Shown here: in pieces, positions 1 through 9,845 of the stretch
Layout: the number at the start of each line of letters is the position of its first letter
Position numbering within the stretch: the first letter of the stretch is position 1
NCBI GenBank assembly: GCA_963743915.1
Contig: CAVURN010000001.1
Location: 800,001 to 864,000 of the forward strand
Direction of reading: 5' to 3'
DNA: 64,000 nt
From: an uncultured Actinomycetota bacterium
GTDB taxonomy: Bacteria; Actinomycetota; Actinomycetes; JAHEKZ01
Made by a program: the position numbers and the translations under genes
The notes under the pieces: generated by a model
What the model saw: the letters and a program-made list of their open reading frames with translations, nothing else
Database searches by the model: none
Told to the model about the DNA's origin: nothing

Positions 1-51
1 ATCGGCCCGTTCGACGACGACAAGGACTTCTCCGGGGCGGTCGCGTCGTGA
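1..51 (+). CDS. 3' end of upstream gene, probably M16 (pitrilysin-family) peptidase (partial)
   Basis: Frame 1 reads IGPFDDDKDFSGAVAS* and its stop overlaps the dapB GTG (GTGA). Identity is inferred from the usual pnp-M16 peptidase-dapB order. Confidence 0.5.
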   Translation: MGPFDDDKDFSGAVAS

Positions 52-800
52 AGGTGGCCGTCATCGGTGCAGCCGGCCGCATGGGCACCGAGACCTGCCG
101 TGCCGTCGGGGCCGCTGACGACCTCGAGCTCGTCGCCCGCATCGACCGCGACGGCTCACTGCAGGACGCCGCTGACGCCGGCGCCGAGGTGGTCGTCGAC
201 TTCACGGTGCCGGATGCCGTGATGCAGAACATCGAGCAGGCGCTCGTTCTCGGGATCCACGTCGTGGTGGGCACCAGCGGGTTCGACGACGAGCGTCTCG
301 CGCAGGTGCGTTCACTGGTCGATGCAGCGCCGGGGCTCGGCGTCGTCGTCGCCCCCAACTTCGCGCTCGGCGCGGTGCTGCTCATGCGCTTCGCGCGCGA
401 GGCGGCCGCGCACTTCACCTCGGTCGAGGTCGTCGAGACACACCACCCCGACAAGGTGGACGCCCCCAGCGGCACCGCGATCCACACCGCACGGGTGATC
501 GCGCAAGCGCGTGCCGACGCCGGCGTCGCGCAGGCGCCCGACGCCACAGAGCGCTCGCTCGACGGCGCTCGTGGTGCCGTGGTCGACGGCGTCCCCGTGC
601 ACTCGGTGCGACTGCGTGGTGCAGTCGCGCACGAAGAGGTCGTGCTCGGCAATGCCGGAGAGATCCTGACCCTGCGTCACGACTCGCTGGACCGTGCAGG
701 GTTCATGCCAGGCGTGCTGCTCGCGGTCCGCGAGGTCGCGTCCCGACCGGGGCTCACCGTCGGGCTGGAGCCACTGCTCGGCCTGCCGCCGGTGGAATGA
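48..800 (+). CDS. dapB: 4-hydroxy-tetrahydrodipicolinate reductase
   Basis: GAAGRMG Rossmann motif, VVGTSG, and the catalytic ETHHPDKVDAPSGTA signature. Confidence 0.97.
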   Translation: MKVAVIGAAGRMGTETCRAVGAADDLELVARIDRDGSLQDAADAGAEVVVDFTVPDAVMQNIEQALVLGIHVVVGTSGFDDERLAQVRSLVDAAPGLGVVVAPNFALGAVLLMRFAREAAAHFTSVEVVETHHPDKVDAPSGTAIHTARVIAQARADAGVAQAPDATERSLDGARGAVVDGVPVHSVRLRGAVAHEEVVLGNAGEILTLRHDSLDRAGFMPGVLLAVREVASRPGLTVGLEPLLGLPPVE

Positions 801-1240
801 GCGCCCGCACCCTCTCCTGGGTCCTGGCTGCCGCCTGCGGCTTCTACCTGCTCTTCATCGCGCAGCGTGCATGGGTGCTCCTCTCCAGCGGCGAACCCGT
901 TGCGGCAGCCCTGGGTGTCGCCCTGCTCGTGCTGCCGGTCATCGGTGTGTGGGTCGTGGTCCGCGAGCTGCAGTTCGGACGCCGCACCGCGGAGCTCGGC
1001 CGTGAGATGGCCGAGCTGAACCGGCTGCCCGAGGACGACCTGCCACGCCGCCCCTCCGGCCGCGTCGAGCGCGAGGCCGCTGATGTCCGCTTTGCCGAGC
1101 GGCAGCGTGAGGTCGAGCAGTCTCCGGACGACTGGACCGCCTGGTACCGCCTGGCCATCGCCTACGACGACGCCGGAGACCGGCGCCGTGCCCGCGAAGC
1201 GATGCGCACCGCCATCGCGCGGCACGACACAGCGGGCTGA
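797..1240 (+). CDS. Conserved actinobacterial membrane protein with C-terminal TPR-like repeat
   Basis: Two hydrophobic helices, RRPSGR, then PDDWTAWYRLAIAYDDAGDRRRAR. ATGA overlap with dapB. Confidence 0.8.
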   Translation: MSARTLSWVLAAACGFYLLFIAQRAWVLLSSGEPVAAALGVALLVLPVIGVWVVVRELQFGRRTAELGREMAELNRLPEDDLPRRPSGRVEREAADVRFAERQREVEQSPDDWTAWYRLAIAYDDAGDRRRAREAMRTAIARHDTAG

Positions 1241-1319
1241 ATCGGAGCAGAATCTCTTTCGTCCCGGTCAACCGGATCGATGCCGAGGGCGAGTGAGTGC
1301 CGTGACGAGTTCATGGGGG

Positions 1320-1875
1320 ATGGCAGCGAGCGACGACTGGGCGACCAGCACGGAGCTCGAAACCGCCCTGTCCCTTCCTGACGTCGAGTCCTTCGACGGG
1401 TTCTACGCCAGGGAGTACCGCCTGCTCGTGGCCTTCGCCCACGCGTTGACGGGCTCTCAGGGTTCACGCAGAGGACGTGGCGCAGGAAGCGATGCTGGCT
1501 GCGTACCGTCGCTGGGACGAAGTGGGTCGTCTCGACGCACCACACGCCTGGGTCCGTCGGGTCTGCGCCAACCTGGCGGTCTCCTTCGTCCGGCGGCGCA
1601 TCGTGGAGGCGCGTGGGCTGCTCCGGTTGCGTCGCCGACGCAGCGAGGTGGCGACCCTGGACGACGACGATGCGACCTTCTGGGCGGAAGTCAGACGCCT
1701 GCCGAAGCGCCAGGCACAGTGCATCGTGCTGTGCTACGTCTACGGCTGCTCGCTGGCCGAGATCGCGCAGGTCCTCGACTGCACGGATGGCACGGTCAAG
1801 ACGCACCTCTCTCGAGCGCGGTCGAAGCTGGCGACGCGTCTGGGCGCACAGGTTGATGAAGGGACCGAGTCATGA
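1320..1875 (+). CDS. ECF sigma-70 factor (SigE-like), frameshifted near 1460-1470
   Basis: FDGFYAREYRLLVAFAHALTG in one frame continues as AEDVAQEAMLAAYRRW...LPKRQAQCIVL...EIAQVLDCTDGTVKTHLSRAR (regions 2 and 4) in another. Confidence 0.85.
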
Positions 1876-2677
1876 ACCTCGACACCCGCGCTCGGCGCGC
1901 TGCGGATGGAGTGCGCGCCTCGGCCCGAGGGGTTGACCCGATGGCACAGATCACCGAGCTCAAGCACGAAGACAGGACTCGACGCAGGAACACCAGCGCT
2001 CTGGCGGTTGTCGGTGTCGCCGTGCTGGTCGCCGGGGCCGGATGGTTGACGGCGTCGCAGCTTCGCGCCAGCGACGATCCCGCACCCACCGACCCCCTGT
2101 CGACGCCGAGCGCATCCACCTCATTCGTGAGACTCGAGCCAGGCCGGACCGTGGGGACCCGCCTGGAGGTCCCGCTCGTGGCGAAGGCCCCGGAGTCTTG
2201 GACGGTCTGGAAGGACGGCGCCTTCGTCTGGCTGGATGTTGACGGCTCCGAGTCCACCATGACCCACGTCGCCATCAGCGGCCCGGTCGTGGAGGTGTTC
2301 GACACCGAACGGCAGACCGGTGTTCCCGATCCCGTCGGACGGGTACGCGGACTGGCTCCGCGCAGAACCCCACGCTCGACGTGATCGACGACCGGATGGT
2401 CGTGGTCGATGGCGAGCGCTTCCCGCAGTTGACGATCGGGATGGCTGACGATGCACGGGGAGCCCAGTTCCGTCTTGGGAGAACGTCTCACCGCCCCGTT
2501 CCGAGCGAAGAGTGGCCCGATTACAACCGGGAAGAGGTGGTCACGGAGACGGTGATCGAGGTGAGGGGCAAGACGATGGTGGTCTCTGCAGTTGCAGACC
2601 CCTTCGACTCGGCTGGGGAGGATCAGCTGGACGAGGCTCTCGCCCTCGTGCTGTCCACGATGAAGCTGCCGGACTAG
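1872..2677 (+). CDS. Single-pass membrane protein, probable ECF partner/anti-sigma; frameshifted near 2335-2375
   Basis: ATGA overlap with the sigma gene. Short cytoplasmic N-terminus, RRR plus a TM helix, Pro-rich linker. ORFs 1872-2384 and 2381-2677 look like one protein. Confidence 0.6.
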
Positions 2678-3252
2678 TCGCGTGGGTCACCCAGGGTCCC
2701 CGCGTCGCGCCACCAGCGTTCGAGAGCCAGCGCCGCCATCTCGAAGGCGGCGCCCCGTCCGAGGAAGTCCGGGCTCCGACGGTGCACCGGGGTCGCCACA
2801 GGTCCGATGTCCCGCAGGGTGATCACCACGACGTCACCACCGACGTCGTGCTGGTCCCCGTCCGACCGAGGCGAGCGTGGTGCGGTTGAGATGTCCGTGA
2901 CCAGCCGCCACGGGTAGACCGCCATCGTGCGGATCGTGGCAATCCGCACCCCGGCGTCGTTGACGTAGACGCCGACGGCGAAGAAGCGGGTGACCAGGAT
3001 CGCGAGCCCCGCCGCGATCAGTCCGAACGACAGGGTGAACACCAGGCGAGGAACCACCGGACCCGAGGCCAGCAGCGCACTGAAGGCGGTGAGCGCCGGA
3101 AGGGTCGTGACCACGATCCCGAGCAGGGCGATCGCCACGCGCAGCGGCCCTGGGCGGTAGGGGCGGATCCACGTGACCTGGCGGTACTGCGAACCGACCG
3201 GACCGCGCGGGCGGTCCGGCCAGAACTTCCAGCCGGTGAACCAGTGGCTCAT
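2674..3252 (-). CDS. Membrane protein with bacterial PH-like domain
   Basis: ATG after GAGGATGGAG. WIRPYRPGPLR, two TM helices, then GVYVNDAGVRI...YPW. Confidence 0.65.
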   Translation of the reverse strand: MSHWFTGWKFWPDRPRGPVGSQYRQVTWIRPYRPGPLRVAIALLGIVVTTLPALTAFSALLASGPVVPRLVFTLSFGLIAAGLAILVTRFFAVGVYVNDAGVRIATIRTMAVYPWRLVTDISTAPRSPRSDGDQHDVGGDVVVITLRDIGPVATPVHRRSPDFLGRGAAFEMAALALERWWRDAGTLGDPRD

Positions 3253-3274
3253 CGCTCCATCCTCGCCGGTCCCG

Positions 3275-3599
3275 TCAACCGACCAGCGCGCGGACGCCTG
3301 CGGCGACGGCTGCCGCTCCGACGACGACCACGAGGAAGGGTGCGCGCAGCAGCAGGGCGACGGCGGCAAAGGCGATGCCGACGAGGCGGGCGTCGAGCAC
3401 GAGACCGTCCGTCGCCACCCGACGACCTGGACGGTCGTCAGACGCCGAGAGCAGGGCCACCGGCATCAGGACCGCCACCCGATGGACCCGCGGCCGTTCC
3501 AGGTAGCCGCTCCGGAACCGCGTATCCGAGCAGCTTCAGCCCATAGGCGCCGACCGCCAGCGCGGCGATCGCCAGCCAGTTCGCCAGATTCTCGCTCAC
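3275..3599 (-). CDS. azlD: AzlD-domain protein (frameshifted)
   Basis: WLAIAALAVGAYGLKLLGYAVP in one frame, then PVALLSA...LLLRAPFLVVVVGAAAVAAGVRAL in another. Lies downstream of azlC. Confidence 0.8.
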
Positions 3600-4278
3600 G
3601 GGGCCTCCGTCGCAGGAGGTTGCGGCTCCGGCCAGGCGACGACGAGGGCGACGGATGCAGCGGCGATCACCGGGAGGCCGGGTGGCAGGAGCGGGGTCAG
3701 CAGCAGCGTCAGGATCACGGCGCCGGAGCGCCACGCGTCTCGCCTGCGAGGTCGTCAGCTGGGGCCAGATCAACGCGAGAAACGCGGCACCGACAGCGGC
3801 GTCCAGGCCGATCACTTTCGGGTCTGCAATCTGGTCGACGGCGAACGCGCCGGCCACCGTCGCGAGGTTCCAGCAGCTGAGACACGACCAGGCCGGTCGT
3901 CCAGAACCCCAGACGCGACATCGCCGGGTCGCGCTGGGCCAGTGCCACGGCTGTCGACTCGTCGATGGTCAGCTGCGCGGCGGCCGCCCGTCGCCAGCCG
4001 GTCGCCTGCAGGATCGAGCGCAGCCGCAGCCCGTAGAAGGTGTTGCGGGTTCCCAACGCCAGTGCCGCCAGCACGCCGGAGGCGGGCGATCCACCCGCGC
4101 CGATCACGCTCACGAGCGCGAACTGGGAGGCGCCGGTGAAGACCAGCAGGCTCAATACCACCGCCTGGAGGACGCTGAGCCCGTTGGCGACCGCGAGTGC
4201 GCCGAAGCCGAGGCCGTAGCTGCCCACCACGACCCCGACCTCCCAGGACGTGGAGGTGACCTCGCGCCGCTCCGTCAC
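3596..4278 (-). CDS. azlC: AzlC-family branched-chain amino acid exporter permease (frameshifted)
   Basis: SLLVFTGASQFA, RNTFYG, TIDESTAVA, then GLDAAVGAAFLALIWPQL in a shifted frame. Confidence 0.85.
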
Positions 4279-4832
4279 GTGGCGGGCACCAGCGCCGTCG
4301 CGAGCCGGACCTGCCGCAGCTCGATCTCGTCGGCGTCCGGGTCGGAGGCACCGGCCAGGGTCCGGTATGCGCCGTCAGCGGCCCAGCCGGCTCCTTCGAG
4401 GAAGGTCCGCAGCTCGTCGTCCACGCTGGGCACCCAGGCAACGGCCTCGCGCTCACCCGCGTCGATGGCGGTCTGCATCGTCGCGGTCAGCAAGCGGGAC
4501 CCGTGTCCGCGGCGACGGCGGTCGGGGTCCACCGTCAGCAGCAGCAGCTCGACGGTGGTGGAGGCGTCCAGGTCCGGGTCGGACGCGGGGGCGACGGCTG
4601 CCGCGCCCACGACGACCTCTTCGCCGGATCCGGTCTCGACGGCGACCCACGTGGTGTGACGGACGCTCGGTGGCGCAGTGACGGCGCGCTCCCACCCCCG
4701 TTCGACGACGGCGAGCTCGGGCGGCGGCGGGAGGCCGAGGTCCTGGCTCGCACGTTGCCAGCTGCGATGCTGGACCGAGGCGAAGCCCGCGGCATCGATC
4801 AGTCGGGCGGCCCGGACGAAGACGTCGGCCAT
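4275..4832 (-). CDS. GNAT-family N-acetyltransferase
   Basis: MADVFVRAAR start. Motif A LTVDPDRRRRGHGSRLL, then FLEGAGWAADGA. Confidence 0.85.
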   Translation of the reverse strand: MADVFVRAARLIDAAGFASVQHRSWQRASQDLGLPPPPELAVVERGWERAVTAPPSVRHTTWVAVETGSGEEVVVGAAAVAPASDPDLDASTTVELLLLTVDPDRRRRGHGSRLLTATMQTAIDAGEREAVAWVPSVDDELRTFLEGAGWAADGAYRTLAGASDPDADEIELRQVRLATALVPAT

Positions 4833-4888
4833 GAGTCCATCCTCGCAGGCAGCGTGCTCCGCGCCGCCCGGCCCCTTAGGGTCTGCGC

Positions 4889-6016
4889 GTGCGCATCGTC
4901 GTGGTCGGACTCGGTGTGATGGGTCTGTCGGCTGCCCGTGAGCTGGCCGTCCGTGGCCACGAGGTGGTCGGTCTGGACCGCACGGAGGTCGGGAACAGGT
5001 GGGCGTCGTCCTCCGGCGCCACGCGCATCTACCGCCTGGCGCACGCCGAGCGTCCGATGGTGCGGCTTGCCCGCCGGAACCACGAGCTCTGGGAGGCGCT
5101 GGAGCGCGACGCCGGGCGTCCGCTGCGGCTGCAGCGCGGGCTGGTGTGGCGCGGCGGTTTGACCGAGCAGGTGGCGGCGTCCTTGGCGGCCGAGTCGGTC
5201 GAGCACGAGGTTCTCGACGAGCGGCGGCAGGTCGAGCTGTTCCCCGAGCTCCGGTGGTCTGACGACGCGGCCGCAGTGTGGCAGCCCGATGCGGGCGTCG
5301 TGCTGGCCGACGTGGCCCTGCGATCCACCGCAGCCCTGTGCGAACGTGCGGGCGGACGGATCCAGACCGGGACGACGGTGCTCGAGATCGTGCAGCGGGC
5401 CTCCGGCGTGCGGGTGGTCGCGGACGCACAGGGGGAAAGGACCACGTTCGACGCCGACCGCGTCGTGCTCACCGCCGGACCGTGGGCCGGATCGATGCTC
5501 AAGGCCCTCGGTGTCGACGTCTCGCTGGTGCCGTTCCTCGAGCAGATCACCTATGTGCGCGGCGGCGTGGACGTCCCGTGGGAGTCACGACCGTGTCTGG
5601 TCGACATCCCGGCGGAGGCCGGGTCGTTCGGCTTCTACGCCATGCCCACACCGGGGATCGGCTTCAAGGTCGGCATCGACGACCCCATCGGGCGGTTCGA
5701 CCCCGAGCAGCACGACCGGGCGCCGGTGGCCGAACGGGAACGTGAGGCCGTCGAGCGCGTCCGGCTGGAGCTGCCCGCGTTCGACGCCACGCCGATCCGG
5801 TCCGAGGTGTGCGCGTGGACCGAGTCCGACGACGATCTCTTCGTGCTCGACCGGGTCGGGGACGTCGTGTTCGGCTGTGGCGACAGCGGGCAGGGCTTCA
5901 AGTTCCTGCCGATGTTCGGCCAGGTGCTCTCCGACCTGGTGGAAGGCCATCCCGTGTCGGCGGATGTGGCAGCCCTGGGCCGGGGCAGGTTCACCGCGGA
6001 CGAACCCCACATCTGA
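4889..6016 (+). CDS. FAD-dependent oxidoreductase, monomeric sarcosine oxidase/N-methyltryptophan oxidase-like
   Basis: GLGVMG FAD motif, SSSGATRIYR, a Cys in EVCAWT at the covalent-flavin position, and SGQGFKF. Confidence 0.85.
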   Translation: MRIVVVGLGVMGLSAARELAVRGHEVVGLDRTEVGNRWASSSGATRIYRLAHAERPMVRLARRNHELWEALERDAGRPLRLQRGLVWRGGLTEQVAASLAAESVEHEVLDERRQVELFPELRWSDDAAAVWQPDAGVVLADVALRSTAALCERAGGRIQTGTTVLEIVQRASGVRVVADAQGERTTFDADRVVLTAGPWAGSMLKALGVDVSLVPFLEQITYVRGGVDVPWESRPCLVDIPAEAGSFGFYAMPTPGIGFKVGIDDPIGRFDPEQHDRAPVAEREREAVERVRLELPAFDATPIRSEVCAWTESDDDLFVLDRVGDVVFGCGDSGQGFKFLPMFGQVLSDLVEGHPVSADVAALGRGRFTADEPHI

Positions 6017-6019
6017 CGA

Positions 6020-6079
6020 TCGATTGGCGCGAAATCGTCCACCTAGGCGCGAAGCGGTAGGCGGTTTCGCGTCACTCGA
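6020..6079. repeat. Intergenic palindromic element (family B)
   Basis: TCGATTGGCGCGAAATCG...CGGTTTCGCGTCACTCGA. A sister copy lies at 44374-44431. Confidence 0.7.
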
Positions 6080-6153
6080 CGCCATCGGAGGCGCCGTCGG
6101 TGCCGGTGGCTAGGGTGGGGCCGCCCGACCAGCCCGCCCGCCGGAGGACGACC

Positions 6154-6879
6154 GTGAGCAACGACCTCGAGATGCAGTTCCGCAGCGACGTCACCGTCGA
6201 GCTGGTGCGGGCGGCAGCACGGGACGCCGATGTGCTCTTCGCCGCGCGCGTCTCCACGCTCGGTGAGCAGTCTCTCGACGAGGTCGACGGCGACGCCGAG
6301 CGCTCCTCCGGGCTGATCCGGTACCTGATGCGCGACCGTCACGGGTCGCCGTTCGAGCACAACTCCATGACCTTCTACGTCCAGGCCCCGATCTTCGTGT
6401 TCCGAGAGTTCATGCGGCACCGCATCGCGTCGTACAACGAGGAGTCAGGTCGTTACCGCGAGCTGCGTCCGGTGTTCTACGTGCCCGGGCGCGAGCGCAA
6501 GCTGGTGCAAGAGGGAAAGCCCGGGCACTACGTCTTCGTCGACGGCACCGACGAGCAGCACGCCACTGTCGTGGAGCAGACCAAGGCCGCCTGCACCGTC
6601 GCCTACCAGGCGTACCAGCGGATGCTCGATGCCGGTGTGGCGCGCGAGGTGGCGCGGGGCGTCCTGCCGGTGGCCACCTACTCGTCGATGTACGTGACCA
6701 TGAACGCCCGGTCGTTGATGAACTTCCTCTCCCTCCGCACCAAGCGGGAGACCTCCTCGTACCCGTCCTACCCCCAGCGCGAGATCGAGATGGTCGCTGA
6801 GCAGATGGAGGCGCTGTGGGCCGACCTCATGCCGGTCACCCACGCGGCCTTCGAAGCCGCGGGACGGGTGTCACCCTGA
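6154..6879 (+). CDS. thyX: FAD-dependent thymidylate synthase
   Basis: HGSPFEH and the RHRIASYNEESGRY ThyX motif. GTG follows GGAGG. Confidence 0.97.
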   Translation: MSNDLEMQFRSDVTVELVRAAARDADVLFAARVSTLGEQSLDEVDGDAERSSGLIRYLMRDRHGSPFEHNSMTFYVQAPIFVFREFMRHRIASYNEESGRYRELRPVFYVPGRERKLVQEGKPGHYVFVDGTDEQHATVVEQTKAACTVAYQAYQRMLDAGVAREVARGVLPVATYSSMYVTMNARSLMNFLSLRTKRETSSYPSYPQREIEMVAEQMEALWADLMPVTHAAFEAAGRVSP

Positions 6880-6936
6880 CGGCGCCCCCCTTTCGGGTGG
6901 GTGTAACGCCTCGACCTTCGGCAGCGATCATCGGAC

Positions 6937-6980
6937 GACCCCGTCACCGACCGACCCCCCGAGCGGGTGGTGACGGGGTC
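6937..6980 (+). terminator. GC-rich hairpin after thyX
   Basis: 12-bp perfect stem GACCCCGTCACC/GGTGACGGGGTC followed by CTTC. Confidence 0.55.
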
Positions 6981-7048
6981 CTTCACATCCGGACCCAGCC
7001 CGGTCCCTTGTGGGTCCTTCAGACGCCCCGGCCCGCTAGCCTGACCCC

Positions 7049-7960
7049 ATGACCACTGGAGCCCTCCGTCGTGCCCCGCTGGGCCGGGTCGTCACGGCGA
7101 TGGTCACCCCCTTCCGCGATGACGACCTCTCGGTCGACCTCGACGCCGTGCAGCGGCTGGCCACCCACCTCGTCGACCAGGGCAACGACGGACTCGTCGT
7201 CAACGGGACGACGGGGGAGTCGCCCACCACCACCGACCACGAGCAGCAGATGGTGGTGCAGGCGGTGGTCGAGGCGGTGGGTGACCGTGCCCTGGTCATC
7301 GCGGGCGCGTCGAGCAACGACACCGTCCACGCCGTCGAGCGGGCCCGCCTGGCACAGAAGGGCGGCGCTCACGCGCTGCTCGTCGTCTCGCCCTACTACA
7401 ACCGTCCACCCCAGGCGGGGGTGCTGAAACACCTGACCACCGTGGCAGACGCCACGGAGCTGCCGGTGATGCTCTACGACATCCCCGGTCGCACGGGGGT
7501 CGCGATCGACGTCGAGACCATGGTGCGCGCGGCGACCCACGAGAAGATCGTGGCGGTCAAGGACGCCAAGGGAGACCTGGCAGCCGCGTCCTGGGTGATG
7601 GCACGCACCGAGCTGGCCTGGTACTCGGGCGAGGACGTGCTCAACCTTCCGCTGATGAGCATCGGCGCGTCCGGCGTGGTGAGCGTCGTCGGTCATCTTG
7701 TGGCGGGGCGGCTCAGCGAGATGCTCGACGCGTTCGTCTCCGGTGACGTCGAGACCGCGACCCGGCTGCACCTGGGGCTGCTCCCCGTCTACACCGGCAT
7801 CTTCCGCACGCAGGGCGTGATGACCGTGAAGGCCGCGCTCAGCCAGCTCGGGGTGATCGGAGCGGCGGTCCGCCCTCCGCTGGTCGAGCTCACCCAGGAC
7901 GAGTTCGCCCGCCTGACCCTCGACCTCGCCGACGGAGCGGTGGAAGGCTTCGGGCCGTGA
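7049..7960 (+). CDS. dapA: 4-hydroxy-tetrahydrodipicolinate synthase
   Basis: GTTGESPT, PYYNRP, YDIPGRT and the Schiff-base Lys in VKDAKG. Confidence 0.96.
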   Translation: MTTGALRRAPLGRVVTAMVTPFRDDDLSVDLDAVQRLATHLVDQGNDGLVVNGTTGESPTTTDHEQQMVVQAVVEAVGDRALVIAGASSNDTVHAVERARLAQKGGAHALLVVSPYYNRPPQAGVLKHLTTVADATELPVMLYDIPGRTGVAIDVETMVRAATHEKIVAVKDAKGDLAAASWVMARTELAWYSGEDVLNLPLMSIGASGVVSVVGHLVAGRLSEMLDAFVSGDVETATRLHLGLLPVYTGIFRTQGVMTVKAALSQLGVIGAAVRPPLVELTQDEFARLTLDLADGAVEGFGP

Positions 7961-7967
7961 CCCGCCG

Positions 7968-9656
7968 ATGAGCCACCCGCATCCCGAGCTCGGAACGCCG
8001 CCGCCGCTGCCTGAAGGCGGTCTCCGCATCGTGCCGCTCGGCGGACTCGGAGAGATCGGCCGCAACATGGCGGTCTTCGAGTTCGGCAGCTCGCTGCTGA
8101 TCGTCGACTGCGGCGTGCTGTTCCCCGAGGACGACCAGCCGGGGGTCGACCTCATCCTCCCGGACTTCGACTACATCAGGGACCGGCTCGACGACGTCGT
8201 CGGCGTCGTGCTCACCCACGGGCACGAGGACCACATCGGCGCCGTGCCGTACCTGCTGCGCGAGCGTGCGGACATCCCGTTGCTCGGTTCGCAGCTGACA
8301 CTGGCCCTGCTGGAGGCCAAGCTCCGTGAGCACCGCATCAAGCCGGTGACCCAGGAGGTCGCCGAAGGCGACCGCACCTCACTCGGCGTCTTCGACCTCG
8401 AGTTCATCGCGGTCAACCACTCCATCCCCGACGCCCTCGCCGTGGCCATTCGGACGCCGGCGGGCCAGCTCGTCATCCACACCGGCGACTTCAAGATGGA
8501 TCAGCTCCCACTGGACGGACGCGTCACCGACCTGCGGGCACTGGCTCGGCTCGGCGAAGAGGGCGTCGACCTGCTGATGGTCGACTCGACCAACGCCGAG
8601 GTGCCGGGGTTCGTCGCACCGGAGCGCGACATCGTCCCCGTGCTCGACCGGGTGATCGCCGGCTCCAAGAAGCGCGTGATCGTCGCCTCGTTCGCGTCGC
8701 ACATCCACCGGGTCCAGCAGATCATCGACGTCGCTCGGGCGAACGGGCGCAAGGTCGCGTTCGTCGGCCGTTCGATGGTGCGCAACATGGGGATCGCCCG
8801 CGACCTCGGGTACCTGACCATCCCCGGTGACACCGTCGTCGACGTCAAAGAGCTCGACGAACACCCCGACGACCACGCGGTCCTGATCTGCACCGGCTCA
8901 CAGGGCGAGCCGATGGCGGTCCTCTCGCGGATCGCCGGCCGTGACCACAGCATCGTGCTCGGCGAGGGCGACACCGTGATCCTGGCGTCGTCACTCATCC
9001 CGGGGAACGAGAACGCGGTGTACCGCGTCATCAACGGTCTGATGCGCTGGGGTGCGACCGTCGTGCACAAGGGCAACGCCATGGTCCACGTGTCAGGGCA
9101 TGCCGCCGCCGGCGAGCTGCTCTACGTCTACAACCTGGTCCGGCCCACCAACGTGATGCCCGTGCACGGCGAGATCAGACACCTCAGGGCCAACGCCGAC
9201 CTCGCGCTCGCCTCCGGTGTTGAGGCCCGCAACGTCGTGCTCGCCGAGGACGGCGTCGTGGTGGACCTCGTCGAGGGCCACGCACGGGTCGTCGGTGCGG
9301 TCCCGTGCGGGTACGTCTACGTCGACGGCGCCTCGGTCGGTGACATCAGTGAGACGTCGCTCAAGGACCGTCGCATCCTCGGGTCCGAGGGCTTCATCTC
9401 GGTCCATGTCGTCGTCGACTCGGCCAACGGCAAGGTCATCGGCGGACCGGTGGTCTCCGCGCGCGGGTTCCACGAGGACGACGCGGTGTTCGACGAGGTG
9501 CTCCCCGAGATCACCGCCGCGATCGAGGACGCCGGCTCGCGCGGAGTGGGGGACGCTCATCAGCTGCAGCAAGTGGTGCGGCGGACCGTGGGCCGGTGGG
9601 TCAGCGCCCGCCACCGTCGCAAGCCGATGATCATCCCGGTCGTCATCGAGGTCTGA
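7968..9656 (+). CDS. rnj: Ribonuclease J
   Basis: PLGGLGEIGRN, THGHEDHIG, TGSQGEP, HVSGH, PVHGE. Confidence 0.97.
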   Translation: MSHPHPELGTPPPLPEGGLRIVPLGGLGEIGRNMAVFEFGSSLLIVDCGVLFPEDDQPGVDLILPDFDYIRDRLDDVVGVVLTHGHEDHIGAVPYLLRERADIPLLGSQLTLALLEAKLREHRIKPVTQEVAEGDRTSLGVFDLEFIAVNHSIPDALAVAIRTPAGQLVIHTGDFKMDQLPLDGRVTDLRALARLGEEGVDLLMVDSTNAEVPGFVAPERDIVPVLDRVIAGSKKRVIVASFASHIHRVQQIIDVARANGRKVAFVGRSMVRNMGIARDLGYLTIPGDTVVDVKELDEHPDDHAVLICTGSQGEPMAVLSRIAGRDHSIVLGEGDTVILASSLIPGNENAVYRVINGLMRWGATVVHKGNAMVHVSGHAAAGELLYVYNLVRPTNVMPVHGEIRHLRANADLALASGVEARNVVLAEDGVVVDLVEGHARVVGAVPCGYVYVDGASVGDISETSLKDRRILGSEGFISVHVVVDSANGKVIGGPVVSARGFHEDDAVFDEVLPEITAAIEDAGSRGVGDAHQLQQVVRRTVGRWVSARHRRKPMIIPVVIEV

Positions 9657-9664
9657 CCCCACTA

Positions 9665-9740
9665 CCGGTGATCGGACTGTTTCAGTCACTTCTCTGAGCC
9701 CAGGGGACGTCCGGAGTGACGGAGATGCTCCGATCACCGG
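9665..9740. repeat. Intergenic palindromic element (family A)
   Basis: CCGGTGATCGGA...TCCGATCACCGG termini. The right arm nearly matches 35821-35845. Confidence 0.75.
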
Positions 9741-9845
9741 GGGTTGGACTGCGGCGGACCGCGGAGGCCGGGGGTGCCGCTACCGGGGCGCGACACACCG
9801 CATCACTGACCGGGAATGCCCGCGCACCGTCGGTAGCCTCGGCCC

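Noticed and set aside
6880-7048. Lysine riboswitch upstream of dapA
   Set aside because: I recognised no lysine-riboswitch motifs, and dapA appears leaderless. The hairpin fits a thyX terminator.
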